DNA of 64,000 nucleotides from the human T2T-CHM13v2.0 reference genome, Homo sapiens: NCBI RefSeq assembly GCF_009914755.1, contig NC_060930.1. One strand, 5' to 3'. Shown here in pieces: positions 13,301 to 25,451 of the stretch. Position numbers and translations under genes: made by a program. The notes under the pieces are model-generated. The model was given only the letters and a program-made list of their open reading frames with translations, made no database searches and was not told where the DNA came from. How positions within the stretch are numbered: position 1 is the first letter of the stretch; every line of letters begins with the position of its first letter.

Positions 13301-15735
13301 AATGGTCCTAACAGACATCTACAGAACACTTCACTCAGAAACAATATGCATTCTTCTCATCTGCACGTGGCATATACTCTAAAATTGACCCTGCAGTTGA
13401 CCATAAAACAATTTTAGCAAATTATAATTTTAAAAAATTATATTAAACATGCTCTCAGACAACAGTACAATAAAAATAGAAATAAATACTAAGAAAATAC
13501 CTCAAAATCATACTGTTACATGGAAATTAAACAACTTGCTCCTGAATGGGTTTTGGCTAAACAATGAAATTAAGGCAGAAACAAGAAATTATTTGAAACT
13601 AATGAGAACAAAGATACAACATACCAGTATCTGTGGGACACAGCTAAGGCAGTTTTTAGAGGGAAGTTGATAGTGCTAAACACCCACATCAGAAAGTTAG
13701 AAGGATCTCACATTAACAACCTAACATCACACCTACAGGAACTAAAGCAAAACAACCCCAAAGCTAGCAGGAAACAAGAAATAACCAAAATCAGAGCTGA
13801 GCTGAAGGAAGCTGAGATTCAAAAAATAAAACCAAAGATCAAGGACTCCAGGAGGTGGTTATTTGAAAGAATAAGTAACATTGTTAAACTGCTAGTGAGA
13901 ATAATAAAGAAAAAAAAAGAGAAGATCCAAATAAACACAATCAGAAATGACAAAGGAGACATTACCACCAACCCCACAGAAATTTAAAAACCCTTAGAGA
14001 CTACAATGAACACTTCTATGCACACAAACTAGAAAACCTAGAAGAAATAGATAAATTCCTGGAAATATAAAACCTATCAAGTTTGAACCAATATGAAATA
14101 GAATCCCTGAACAGACAAATAATGAGCTCCAGAACTGAATCAATAACAAAAAGCCTATGCCAGAAAAAGCCCATGGCCAGATGGACTCACAGCTGAATTT
14201 TACCAGATGTATAAAGAAGCACTGGTACCATTCCTACTAAATCTATTCCAAAAAATTGAGGAGCAGAGATTCCTTCCTAACTCATTTTGTGAGACCATCA
14301 TCACTCTGATATCAAAACCTGACAAAGACACAACAATAAAAAAAAAAAAAACTTCAGGTCAATATTTTTAATGAACATTGATGCAAAAATTCTCAACAAA
14401 ATACTAGCAAACTGAATCTGACTGAACATCAAAAAGCTAATTGACCATGATCAAGTTGGTTTTATTTGTGGGATGCATGGTTGGTTCAAAATATGCAAAT
14501 CAATAAATGTGATTTACCACATAAACAAAACTAAAACCAAAATTACATGATCATCACAATAGATGCAGAAAGGTTTTCAATAAAATTCAACATCTCTTTA
14601 TGTTAAAAACCTTCAAAAAACTAGTAACTGAGGGAACATACTTCAAAATAATAAGAGCCATCTATGACAAATCCACAGCCAAAATCATGCCAAATGGGCA
14701 AATGCTGGAAGCATTCCCCTTGAGAACCAGAACAAGGCAGGGATACCCACTGTCACCACTCCTATTCAATATAGTACTGAAAGTCCTAGCCAAAGAAATC
14801 AAGAGAAAAAAAATCATCCAAATAGCAAGAAAGGAAGTGAAAATATTTCTATTTTCAAACAATATGATTCTATACTTAGAAAACACCATAGTCTCCACCC
14901 AAAAGCTCCTTTATCTGATAAACAATTTCAGCAAAGTGTCAGGATACAAATTCAATGTACAAAAATTGGCAGCATTTCTATATACCAACAACTTTCAAGC
15001 TGAGAACCAAATCAGGAATGCTATTCCATTCACAATAGCCATAAAAAGAATAAAATACTTAGGGATACAGCTAACCAGGGAGGTGAAAAATCTCTACAAT
15101 GAAAATTACAAAACATTGTTCAAGGAAATCAGAGATGATGTAAACAAATGGAAGAACATTCCATGCTCACGAATAGTAAGAATCAATATTGTGATAATCA
15201 ATATATGGCCCAAAGTAATTTACAGATTTAATGTTATTTCTATCAAACTACCAATGACATTCTTCACAGAATTAGGAAAAAAAACCTATTTTCCAATTCC
15301 TATGGAACAAAAAAAGAGCCCCAATAGGCAAGGCAATCCTAAACAAAAAGAACGAAGCCAGAGGCATTGCACTAGTCAACTTCGAACTATGTTATAAGGC
15401 TACAGTAACCAAAACAGCATGGTACTCTACAAAAACAGATTCATGGACCAATGAAAGAGAATAGAGAACCCAGGAATAAAGCCACACACCTACAGCCAGC
15501 TGGTCTTCATCAAGGTTGACAAAAAGAAGCAACAGGGAAAGGACTCCCTATTCAATAAATAGTGTTGGGATAACTGGGCTAGCCATATGCAGAAGATTGA
15601 ATCTGGACCCCCTGCTTACACCATATAAGAAAATCAACTGAAGATGGATTGAAGACTTAAAAGTAAAACCTCAAATTATAAAAACCCTGGAAGACAACCT
15701 AGGAAATACCATTCTGGATATAGTCCCTGGCAACA
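10389..15735 (+). mobile_element. Old primate LINE-1 (L1PA13-16 / L1P4-like): 5'UTR, ORF1 and most of ORF2; 3' end missing
   Basis: Begins ggccaagatgacaaactagaagcagct (YY1-type start). ORF1 remnant AEMSDIEFRIWI (11723-11965). ORF2 endonuclease start atgaagataggatcaaacc...ttaaatgtaaacaggctaaatgcccc near 12783. Homology stops after aggaaataccattctggatatag, with no 3'UTR or poly(A). Confidence 0.92.
14600..15397 (+). pseudogene. Dead L1 ORF2p reverse-transcriptase fragment (265 aa; longest ORF in the window)
   Basis: Contains [25 protein letters not shown] and IKYLGIQLT. The catalytic FADD motif has become FSNN, and flanking frames are broken. Confidence 0.9.
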
Positions 15736-16234
15736 TTTGCTGAGAGATGGAAACACCATTTCTGCTACTCTTATATTATTATCCAGCTCCAGTCCAAATA
15801 AATGTCTGGAAATTGATAAGGAGGAAAATAAGAGACGTTTTCTTTGTTTGATTTTTCAGTCAAGAAGGAATGCTTAAGAGGTATCTGATTGCCTCCTCAT
15901 TAGAGAAGAAATGGGGAGTGGGACTCTCCTCTACTATGCAAGCCATATGTGGAGGTACATAATCTCAAGTTCATTGTGGATCTGTACATAGTTTCTCTTA
16001 GAATTTGAGCCTCACAGAGACTGATGCTTAAATCTCCTGAAAGATTCTAAAGGAGAGAATGTCTGGAACTGTCACTGATTGAAAAGTGTTGAGAGAAGAT
16101 TTCATTCGAAGCAGTCTGCATTTTATAGTTTGTCAGGAAAAAAGTGCCAAGATTTCCTTGGCGTAAAGTGGGCACCTCAGAAGGTAGAAAACTCTATAAG
16201 CAGTGCTTCCTAATAGAGTATAAGTAAAAGATTA

Positions 16235-16560
16235 ATTTAACCTTAAACAGATAACAGAAGCTTAAATAATTTTATTTCTCTACTTATTTGGAAGATAAAT
16301 AACCCAGAACTGGAACAGCACTGTTCAGTGTCAAAAAGCCAGGCTTCGTCTATCTTATTGCTACACAATTCATGTTCTCCCTTCCCAAGGCAAACTGTTG
16401 TCCAAGATAGCTGCTTTCATTCATGTGCATCTATATTCTAGACAGCAGAAGGAGAGAGACAAATGGCATTTTAATGGACACTTTCTAGAAATTACATATG
16501 TCAAATATGTTAACTATTGGCTAGAGTCAAATCAAATCTGCAATGTATTAATAGCTAGGT
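16235..16560. mobile_element. Ancient ERVL/MaLR LTR relic (LTR33-like)
   Basis: tccaagatagctgct...tattctagacagcagaagg...tttctagaa...attggctaga motif order recalls old ERVL LTRs. Confidence 0.4.
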
Positions 16561-18299
16561 GATCATTTTGGAAGAAATATGGTATTGATTGTAAGTGCAG
16601 GAGTCAGTCTGAATCTGACACATAAAACCCCAGATTAACTCTAAGTTGGATAAAACTGATTATACCTCACCTACATGTTAGATTTTATTTTAATCATACA
16701 GCATCGATGGGATACTTGCTACTGCCTTTGTATTTGTGACCTGCCCTTTGTCTTAAGGCCGCCACATTTTCTTTGCATGCTTCTGTATTCTGAATAGCTA
16801 CGTGCAAAGCAATCTTTATTTTGTCTTAAGAATAAAAAAAAGGGGGGAAATAGCTTGATCAGAAATAGATTATTTAACTTGCTAGACCACATGCTCATTC
16901 AATGAGGCTGAACCTCAGATTAAGGTATCTGGCCTTGTTTTCTCTACAAAAATGCTAAGATTCTGACCTAAATTGAAGTTTTCAGGTTGCCAAACACAAA
17001 GACTTTGGAAACTGATCACACAGGAACTATGTTGTCCACACTAAGATAAGCCTCCACTGAGTTGTAAGACAAATGGAATCCATCCATTCCTAAGTTAGTC
17101 ACTGGCAGAAGTGATTTTCCCCTCCCTGCTTAAGGCTTATTACCAAGAATTCCAACCTAGACCTAGCTGACATAGAATCTTGATCTGGTAACATAATAAT
17201 ATACCTTAATTTCTTTGTGAGACAGACCTTTTTTAAAAACTTGGGAATGGAAATAAGAGCAATGAAACCACAAACTATCCACTATTCAGTAAATTGATTT
17301 GTTTATAGGATTTATACTCAGGCTACTTCCAAAAGGCCTTGAGGTAGTTCAGTCTTCAAAACCTTATTGTACTATTGCCAAAGGTGGTTCCTGGCTTGGT
17401 ATCAAGAACAGTTTCACATCTTAGAAAGAGTTCATTGTGGCTAATCTGAAGGTATAACCCCGGCAATATGACCTCCTTGTATGTCAAAATAAAAACATCC
17501 CGCCATTCCCATGACAACATGTGGGCCCTTCCAACCCACTAGCATACCAGGGAAAGTAATTATAACCCATCAGCAAAGAGCCTCCTAATTTTGAAGATCA
17601 TGCAGGCATATTATGCACAAGTGCTGCATGCACGGGACAGTGAATGAATCCCTGTGGAGCATTTTTATAGTAAATGGCTGTTTATCTTATTTCGCTTTAG
17701 CTTTCAAGGTTAGGATTTAGGATATCTGTCTTATTTATTTTGCTCTCTTGCCTAAGATATAAACTCATCCAGTGATCTCCTACTTTTTGATAGGCATAAA
17801 TAACTATATATACTTCCTCTCTCCTGTTCCAAATTTCCCTTTCTCACAAATCATTACATACATCCTATGAAATAATTTTTCTATGATAAACACCCTTCTT
17901 AACATCCTTAATGTCTATGCCAAGCACTCCATCTTTGCTTTATCTATTATCACCTTTCTTAAGGATTTCACTGCTCTTCAACACCCTGTTTATTCTAACA
18001 CAGCCAACTCACCTTGTCATTCAGTATGGAGATCAGCAATGTCACTTACAGACCACCATGCCCCCATCCTCCTTCAACAAGCCCCGTGCCTCCCATCTAC
18101 AACAAACACATTCTAATCTTCATCCCTGCTATCATTTTCTTGCTTCCCTGTCATCTACTCTTGTGATTTTGTAATTGTGTCATTTCCCAACTTTAAGCCA
18201 GCTGCTATCCAGCATGACCCTACTATGTAATGAGGGCCAGCTTTCCTCTGGCTAACGATTAAGTCATAGAAATATAGAGTGTTTTCCCTTCTCCCACAT

Positions 18300-19170
18300 A
18301 CCTTCCAACCACATCAACAAGGCTCCAGTATAATAATAGTGAATTAGAGATGAAAGGACTACAAGGATCACTCTCTATTTAAGAAGGAATTTTTAGAAAA
18401 ACCCAAAATCAAGAAGGGAGACAAAAATCAAGAACAGTAGAGAGATTTGAAACTTTGGGCACCTACAGTATGGCAAACATGAAACGCAGATAAACTCCTA
18501 GGCAGATTAACATAAAACTTCACATTAAAGACCTGGTTAACTTAGGTCCTGTTACTCAATCCATGATGTCCAACTTTCAACAAAACATTTCAAGGCATGA
18601 TAAAAGTCAAGAAAAACATAGTCTACATAAACAAAGCAGCAACAAAAGAAGACTCAGATATGGCAGAAATGTTGGAATTACCAAACTAGGAATTTAAAAT
18701 AACTGTGATTAATATGTTAAGAGATCAAATGAAAAATGCAGATCAAATGAGAAATGCAGACAACTTGCAAGAACAGATGGGGAATGTAAGCAGAGAGATA
18801 GAAATATGAAAAAGGAACCAAGGAAGTACTACCAATCCAAGACACTCTAAGAAAAATGAAAAGTGCTTCAATGATCTCAAGAACGGACTGCTCACAGCTG
18901 AAGAAAGAAAATTGAGCTTAAAGATATGTCAATGTAAATTGTAAAATGCAAAGCTAAAGAAGAATGGGAAAATAAAAAGAACAGAACATCTAAGAATTGT
19001 GGGACATTTTCAAAAGGTGTAACATGCATTATTAAAATAGCAGAAGGAGAATAAAGATATAAAAAAAGCCAAATGAATATTTGGAGTAATAACTGCCAAT
19101 AATTTTCCAAAATTTGACAGACACTAAAATATAGATCCTGAAAGTTCAGAAGGCACAAAACAAAATAAAT
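18300..19170 (+). mobile_element. L1M (L1MC-like) 5'UTR and ORF1 N-terminal half
   Basis: gactcagatatggcagaaatgttggaattacc...ggaatttaaaataactgtgattaatatgttaag...gaacagatggggaatgtaagcagagagatagaaa is typical of L1M ORF1. Confidence 0.8.
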
Positions 19171-21290
19171 GGATTCTGGGTTTTATCAACTGCTTCCTGC
19201 ATTGATTCATATGATTATGTAATTTTTTTTTCTTTAGCCTGTTACTAAAGTAGGTTTTATTCATTGATTCTCAAATGCTGTACCAGTTTGCATCCCTAGA
19301 ATAAACTCCATTTGGTCATGGTATTTTCTTCTTTTTTTACATTGCTTAATTCTATTTCCTAAGCTTTTGTTAAGAATTTTTACATCTGTATTTAGGAGAA
19401 ATATCTGCTATTTTCTTTTGTTGCAGTCTCTTTTTCTGATTTTGATAGAAGGTTAATCGTGGCTTCATAAAAAGTACTAGGAAGTGCTCTTTCTCCTTGG
19501 GAAAGCAATCCCTTCTTTTTTATTTTCTTGAACACATTATATAGAACTGGTATTAATCCTGATTTATTTGTTTGGTTGAATTCTCCAATGAAAATATCTG
19601 GGCCTGTAGATTTTGATTTTTGGAGTTTTAAATATGAATTCAATTTTCTTAATAGTTACAAGGACTATTCAAATTATCTCATATCACATGAGTTACAGTA
19701 GTGTATATATTCTTGTTGTTGTTGTTGTTGTTTTTCTTCTTTTTTGTTTCAGTGGAATCCCTTATCTATATAAAGTTAGAAGTCAGCATAGACACTAAAC
19801 ACTACTTTTGTTTATGTGAAGGTGTGGCCTGGAGTCCCACTGGCTCCACCTCCTTTTTTTTTTTTAATTATACTTTAAGTTCTGGGTTACATGTGCAGAA
19901 CGTGCAGTTTTGTTACATAGGTATACACGTGCCCTGGTGGTTTGCTGCACCCATCAACCAGTCACCTACATGAGGTATTTCTCCTAATGCTATCCCTCCC
20001 CTAGCCCCCCACCCCCCAGCAGACCCCTGTGTGTGATATTCCCCTCCCCGTGTCCATGTGTTCTCATTGTTCAACTCCCACGTATGAGTGGGAACACGCG
20101 GTGTTTGGTTTTCTGATCTGTGATAGCTCAATTTTATCTAATTTGTAAATTGTCAAATGTATGTGTGTGGGCTTGTCTATCGTATTTCTTCATTATCATG
20201 TTTTATATCTAAGGGATTTGTAATGATATACCCTGTTTCATTCCTGATATTGTTAACTTCTGATTATTTCTTTGTTTCTTTGGCAATCTTGCTAGTGGTC
20301 TGTAAATATTATTGTTTTTTTTTGTTTGTTTTTTGTTTTTTGTTTTCAGAGAAACAGATCTTTGGTTTATTAGTATACCCTATTGTATTTTTTTCTATTT
20401 TCAATTAAATTGACTTCTGCTTTTATTTTTGCTCTTTTCCTAGGTTCTTTAAGTGGAAGTTTAGATTATTGGTTTGAAACTTTTTCAAATGTATGCATCT
20501 AGTGCTATAAATTTCCCTCTCAGCACTGTTTAGTTGTGTCACACAAACTTTGATATGATTTTAATTTCACGCAGTGCAATGTATTTTTTTTCTCTTGAGA
20601 GTTCCTCTTTGACCCATGGATTATTTTGAAGTGTGTTTTTACCTTCCAAGTGTTTGCAGATTTTTCTCTATGCTTTCTATTTTTTTATTCCTAATTTGAT
20701 TTAGTTGGAGTTAGAGGATCCACTCTGTATGATTACACTTCTTTTTAATATGCAAGAATTTATTTTATGGCACAGGACATGGTCTCTATTGTTATACACT
20801 TTATGGTTACTTGAAAAGAGTGAGTTTTCAGCTATTGTTGGATAGATAGTTCTAAAAATGTTGATTAGATCTTGTTGGTAAATGGTGTTGTTGCTGACTT
20901 TTTTTGTCTATTCATCTATCACTGAGAAAGGGGTGTTGAAGTCCTCAGATATAATTGTAGATTTATCTATTTATCCTTTCAGTCCGTTGGATTTTTGTGT
21001 CACATATATTGCAACATTTATGATTGTCATATATTCTTGTGGATTGATCCTTTTTTCAGCATATAATGTCCCTCTCTGTCTCTAGTAATTGTTTTGAAAC
21101 CTACTTTGGATGGTATTAACATAGGCACTTATGCATTCCTTAGATTAATGTTTGCATAATATGTTTTTCTCCATTCTTTTTCTTTCAACTCACCTATATG
21201 ATATTTGAAGTGAGTTTCTTGTAGACAGTGTACAGTTGAGTCATGTTAAACCACCTGCCAATTTGTATTTTAATTGTCATACTTGAACTT
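19171..21290 (-). mobile_element. L1M ORF2 N-terminal half, antisense, interrupted at ~19711-20127
   Basis: Minus ORF 19392-19643 (KSTGPDIFIGEFNQT...LPSTFYEATINLLSK) is ORF2p. T-rich antisense L1 sequence continues to the endonuclease region (gtgagtttcttgtagacag). Confidence 0.85.
19855..20127 (-). mobile_element. Short L1PA7/8-like 3'UTR insertion
   Basis: T-run followed by aattatactttaagttctgggttacatgtgcagaacgtgcag...ctcattgttcaactcccac: reverse complement of the L1PA 3' end. Confidence 0.93.
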
Positions 21291-24201
21291 ATTCCATAAA
21301 ACCTAGAAAGTAATAGATGATCAACAAATTCATGTTGGATTCAATCGCATCCTCATTTGTGGTTTTCCACACACAGCTTTGTGCTGTGTGTGGTGCTTAC
21401 CAAATATGGACTGATTAAATGTCTCAAACTGCTGACTTCACGAAGATGGCAGATAAGAGGCAGAGCTAACATGCATCTCCCACTTGGATGAACAGAACAG
21501 TGTGTGGAGACTCACACTGAACTTTTGTTCCAAGAACCACCACAAAAATATACTAGGAAAACCAAAAGAATTCACAGATCCTTTGAAAGAAACAGCACAT
21601 TGCTGCAAACTCCACAACACAGGCAAAAAACTGTGAGTTCCCAAATCGTGAGAGGGAGAAAACCTGCCTCTAAACACACATCCTTATTAGGGAATCTGAA
21701 AATCCAGATCATAGGAGAAGGATTTAATTTTGCCTAGAGCTGGAATAGATTTAGGTAGTCGTGCAAACTATAAGTAGAAGCAGCAGTGAAAAGAGTCTAA
21801 CACGAACTTTCACTCACCAGCTTGAGCCCAGAGAAGCCATCCCTGACTATATCTCTCAGGGGCCCTTGGGGAAAGCAGCCAATGGAATTAGGCAGGGGTT
21901 ACAGGGTGAAAGAAGTATCCAACTGAATTTTGTGATAATTTCAAGTGGGCACAAATTTTCTTGAGCAGAATCTGGGGGGTGAGCAGGAATTGCTGCAGAT
22001 ATGAGCAGCGCAGTAGCTGCCTACATTGTGGGCAGATGGGGAGGGATGTAGCCTGAAAGCTCTGCTTGCTTTCTTAGTGGGGAAGCTTATGACCTGGGGC
22101 AGGTCTGAGTTTCACACACAGGCTGCCTGGATCTAAACTCAGTGCTTTTAGCAGGGAACTGCAGGAGTGAGACTGGCCTCGCCAACTGTGTGGGAGCTGG
22201 GTGAGGTTTTTCACTACCAGCTATCCCCACAGCCCTTGTGAACTATACTACATAGCAGAGGCAGCCATAATCCCCTCTGGAATATAACCCCACTGGCCTG
22301 AGAACTACTCCCCACTTCCCTACAGTGTCCGTGTGAAGCCCCACCCAACAGATTCTGAGCTTAGACCTCCCTAATCCTGCCCCAGCATAATGCCATATCT
22401 CTACTTGCCCTGGTAGCTGAACACAAAGGAAAAACTCGAGGGAGCTTTATGGCCCTGCCCATCGCCTGAGAAATCAGAATACTTCCCTAGGCCAGCATTA
22501 TAAGGCAAATTCAAATCCCACTGCTAATACTGCAGCTGGTGCTCTCTTGAAAGCGCCACCTCCTGACTGGAGGCCAAGCAACTCAGGCCATTACTGCAAC
22601 TCTTATCAGAATAACCCTGATCACAGAAAGGGGAAGACAATACCTAATTCCATTTCCTGCAACATCCTGGCTAACCAGAGATCCTGAGTGTGTACACATG
22701 ACAACTTCACTGCTAGCACAATCAAAACTAGAGAGAGCTGGTATACTAAAGCTATCTACAACCCAGGATTCTCACAAAGTCTACATCACTCCCCTGCCAC
22801 CTCCACCAGAGTAGATGCTGGCATCTATGGTTGGGAGACCTGAAGACTGATCACATCACAAGATACTTTGCAGACATTTCTCAGCACCAGCCCAGAGGCT
22901 GGTACCTGCACTGGGTGGCTAGACCAAAAGAGCAATAACAATCACTGCAATCCAGCTTCCAGGAAGCCCCATCCCTAGGGGAAGAGGGAGAACATGACAT
23001 CAGTGGATCATCCTATGGCACAAAAGAATCTGAACAGCAGGACTTGAGTTGCTATATATTTATATATGAACAGCAGGACTTGAGTTCATATATATATATA
23101 TGAAAAGAGGTGCCTGTTTGATCTGAATAGCTGAAAAACTAGGATAGGAGTGAGGCTGTGAGGTGAATAGCTTTCCTATTGACCTGACAGAGGAGCTAAA
23201 GTAGCTCCCACTCTTCACCTTGATAAAACTTCAGCACATCTAATTGAGAGTTCCCCCAGCTGCTCTCATCAAGGCTGAGACCTTGGCCCACCATTGGGTA
23301 TTACATCTACTAACCCGCCTTAGCCACAACCAGCGCCTAATCAGAGATACTTTCCCTATTGACCTGAAGTCTGAATTATAAACTGAGTAAATAAAACATT
23401 TGGAAAAAAATTAATAAATAAATAAGTTGTACACCATGAGAAAATGACATAAACTTCAACAGATCTCTGACATTCCAAATCCATAGGAGACTGTGAACTC
23501 ACCCACACACCAAGAATATAACTGCTACAACCAGCTTTGGGAAAGTGAGTGCACAAGACTTTCAATAACTAAGAATCTCATAAAGAGTCTTCACCCCCAC
23601 AAGCACCAAATAAAAAATTAGGCAAAAATAAACATTAAAGTCTGATCTTTAAGAGAGAAAAAAAGAAATTTAAATTAAAAATAACACAGAACAATCAAAA
23701 ATGAATTTAAGAACAATTTTAGGAAGTGATCCACCCAAATGAGGAGAAAACGGAAAAGTAATTCTAGTAATATGAAAAAACAGGGTTCTATAACACCCCA
23801 AAAGATCATACTAGCTCCCCAGCAATGGATCCAAATCACAAAGAAATCTCTGAATTGGCAGATAAAGAATTGAGGTTTATTATTAAGCTGCTCAGGGAGA
23901 TACCACAGAAAGCTGAAAAACAACTTAAAGAAATGGAAAGAGAGAAAATAGATGAAAAATTTGCTACGTATATAGATATCATTAAAGAAATTTATCATTA
24001 AAGATATCACAACTTCTGGAAATGAAAGACATACATAGGGAAATACAAAATGCACTGGAAAGTTTTAACAATAGATAAGAACAAGTAGATGCAAGATTTT
24101 CAGAGCTCAAAGATGAGGCTTTCAAATTAACCCAATCAGACAAAGACAAAGAAATAAATAATTTAAAAAGTAAATAAAGTCCCCCAGAAATTTGTGATTA
24201 T

Positions 24202-24512
24202 CTTTTGTGTTTTTTTTTTTTTTTTTTGAGATGAAGTTTCACTCTTGTTTTCCAGGCTGCAGTGCAGTGGCACAATCTTGGCTCACTGCAACCTTTGCCT
24301 CCTGGGTTCAAGCAATTCTCCTGACTCAGCCTCCTGAGTAACTGGGATTACAGGCACCTGCCACCATGCCCAGCTAATTTTTTTGCATTTTTAGTAGAGA
24401 TGGGGTTTCACCATGTTGGCCAGGCTGGTCTCAAACTCCAAACTTCAGGTGATCTGCCTGCTTCGGCCTCCCAAAGTGCTAGGAATATAGGCATGGGCCA
24501 GCACATCCCGCC
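24202..24512 (-). mobile_element. AluS (Sq/Sp-like) nested in L1PB ORF1
   Basis: Poly(T) then gagatgaagtttcactcttgtt... (full dimer). TSD tgtgattat at 24193-24201 and 24513-24521. Confidence 0.95.
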
Positions 24513-24700
24513 TGTGATTATTTTAAATGGCCAAACCTAAGAATAATTGGTGTTCCTGAGGAAGAAGAGAAATCTTAATGTTTGAAAAACTTATTTGAGG
24601 AAATAATTGAGGAAAGTGTCCCTGGCCCTGCTAGAGATCTAGACATCCAAATACAAGAAGCTCAAAGAGCTCCTGGGAAATTCATCACAGAAAGATCTAG

Positions 24701-25079
24701 TGTATTGGTCCATTTTCATATTGCTTTAAAGAACTGCCTGAGACTGGGTGATTTATAAAGGAAAGATGTTTAATTGATGCACAGTTCAGCATGGCTGGGG
24801 CAGACTTGGGAAACTTACAATCATGGTGGAATGTGAGGGGGAAGCAAGGCACCTTCTTCACAGGTGGGAGGAAGGAGAAGTGCCAAGTGAAGGGGGAAGA
24901 CGCCCTTATAAAACCATCAGATCTCCTGAGAACTCACTCACTATCATGAGAACAGCATGGGGGAAACCACCCCCATCATCCAATTACCCTCCACCTAGTC
25001 TATCTCTTGACATGTGGGGATTATGGGGATTATAATCCAAGATGAGATTTGACTGGTGACACAAAGCCTAACCATATCA
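24701..25079 (-). mobile_element. THE1D-like MaLR solo LTR nested in L1PB ORF1
   Basis: tgtattggtccattttca...cagttcagcatggctgggg...ggggattatggggatt...aaccatatca. The L1 ORF1 sequence resumes directly afterwards. Confidence 0.9.
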
Positions 25080-25451
25080 CCTCAACACATAGTCATCAGG
25101 TTATCTAAAGTCAAGACAAAGGAGAGAATCTTAAGAGCTGTGAGACTAAATCATCAGGTTAATTTATACAGAAAAACCTATCAGATTAACAGTTGATTTC
25201 TGAGCAGAAACCATAGAAGCCAGAAGAAATTGGGATTCTATCTTTAGGCTCCTTAAACAAAACAATTGTCAGCCAAGATTATTGTATCCAGCAGTACTAA
25301 TCTTTATAAATGAAGATGAAATAAAGTCTTTTTCAGACAAACAAATGCTGAAAGAATTTGCTACTACTAAACCAGCACTGCAAGAAATGCCTAAAGGAAT
25401 TCTAAAACTTAAAAAAATAAAATCTTGAAATACACCCAAATAGAACCTCCT

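Noticed and set aside
14600-15397. 265-aa ORF with reverse-transcriptase motifs as a novel or domesticated RT gene
   Set aside because: It is a fragment of a frameshifted L1 ORF2 and the catalytic aspartates are lost (FADD to FSNN).
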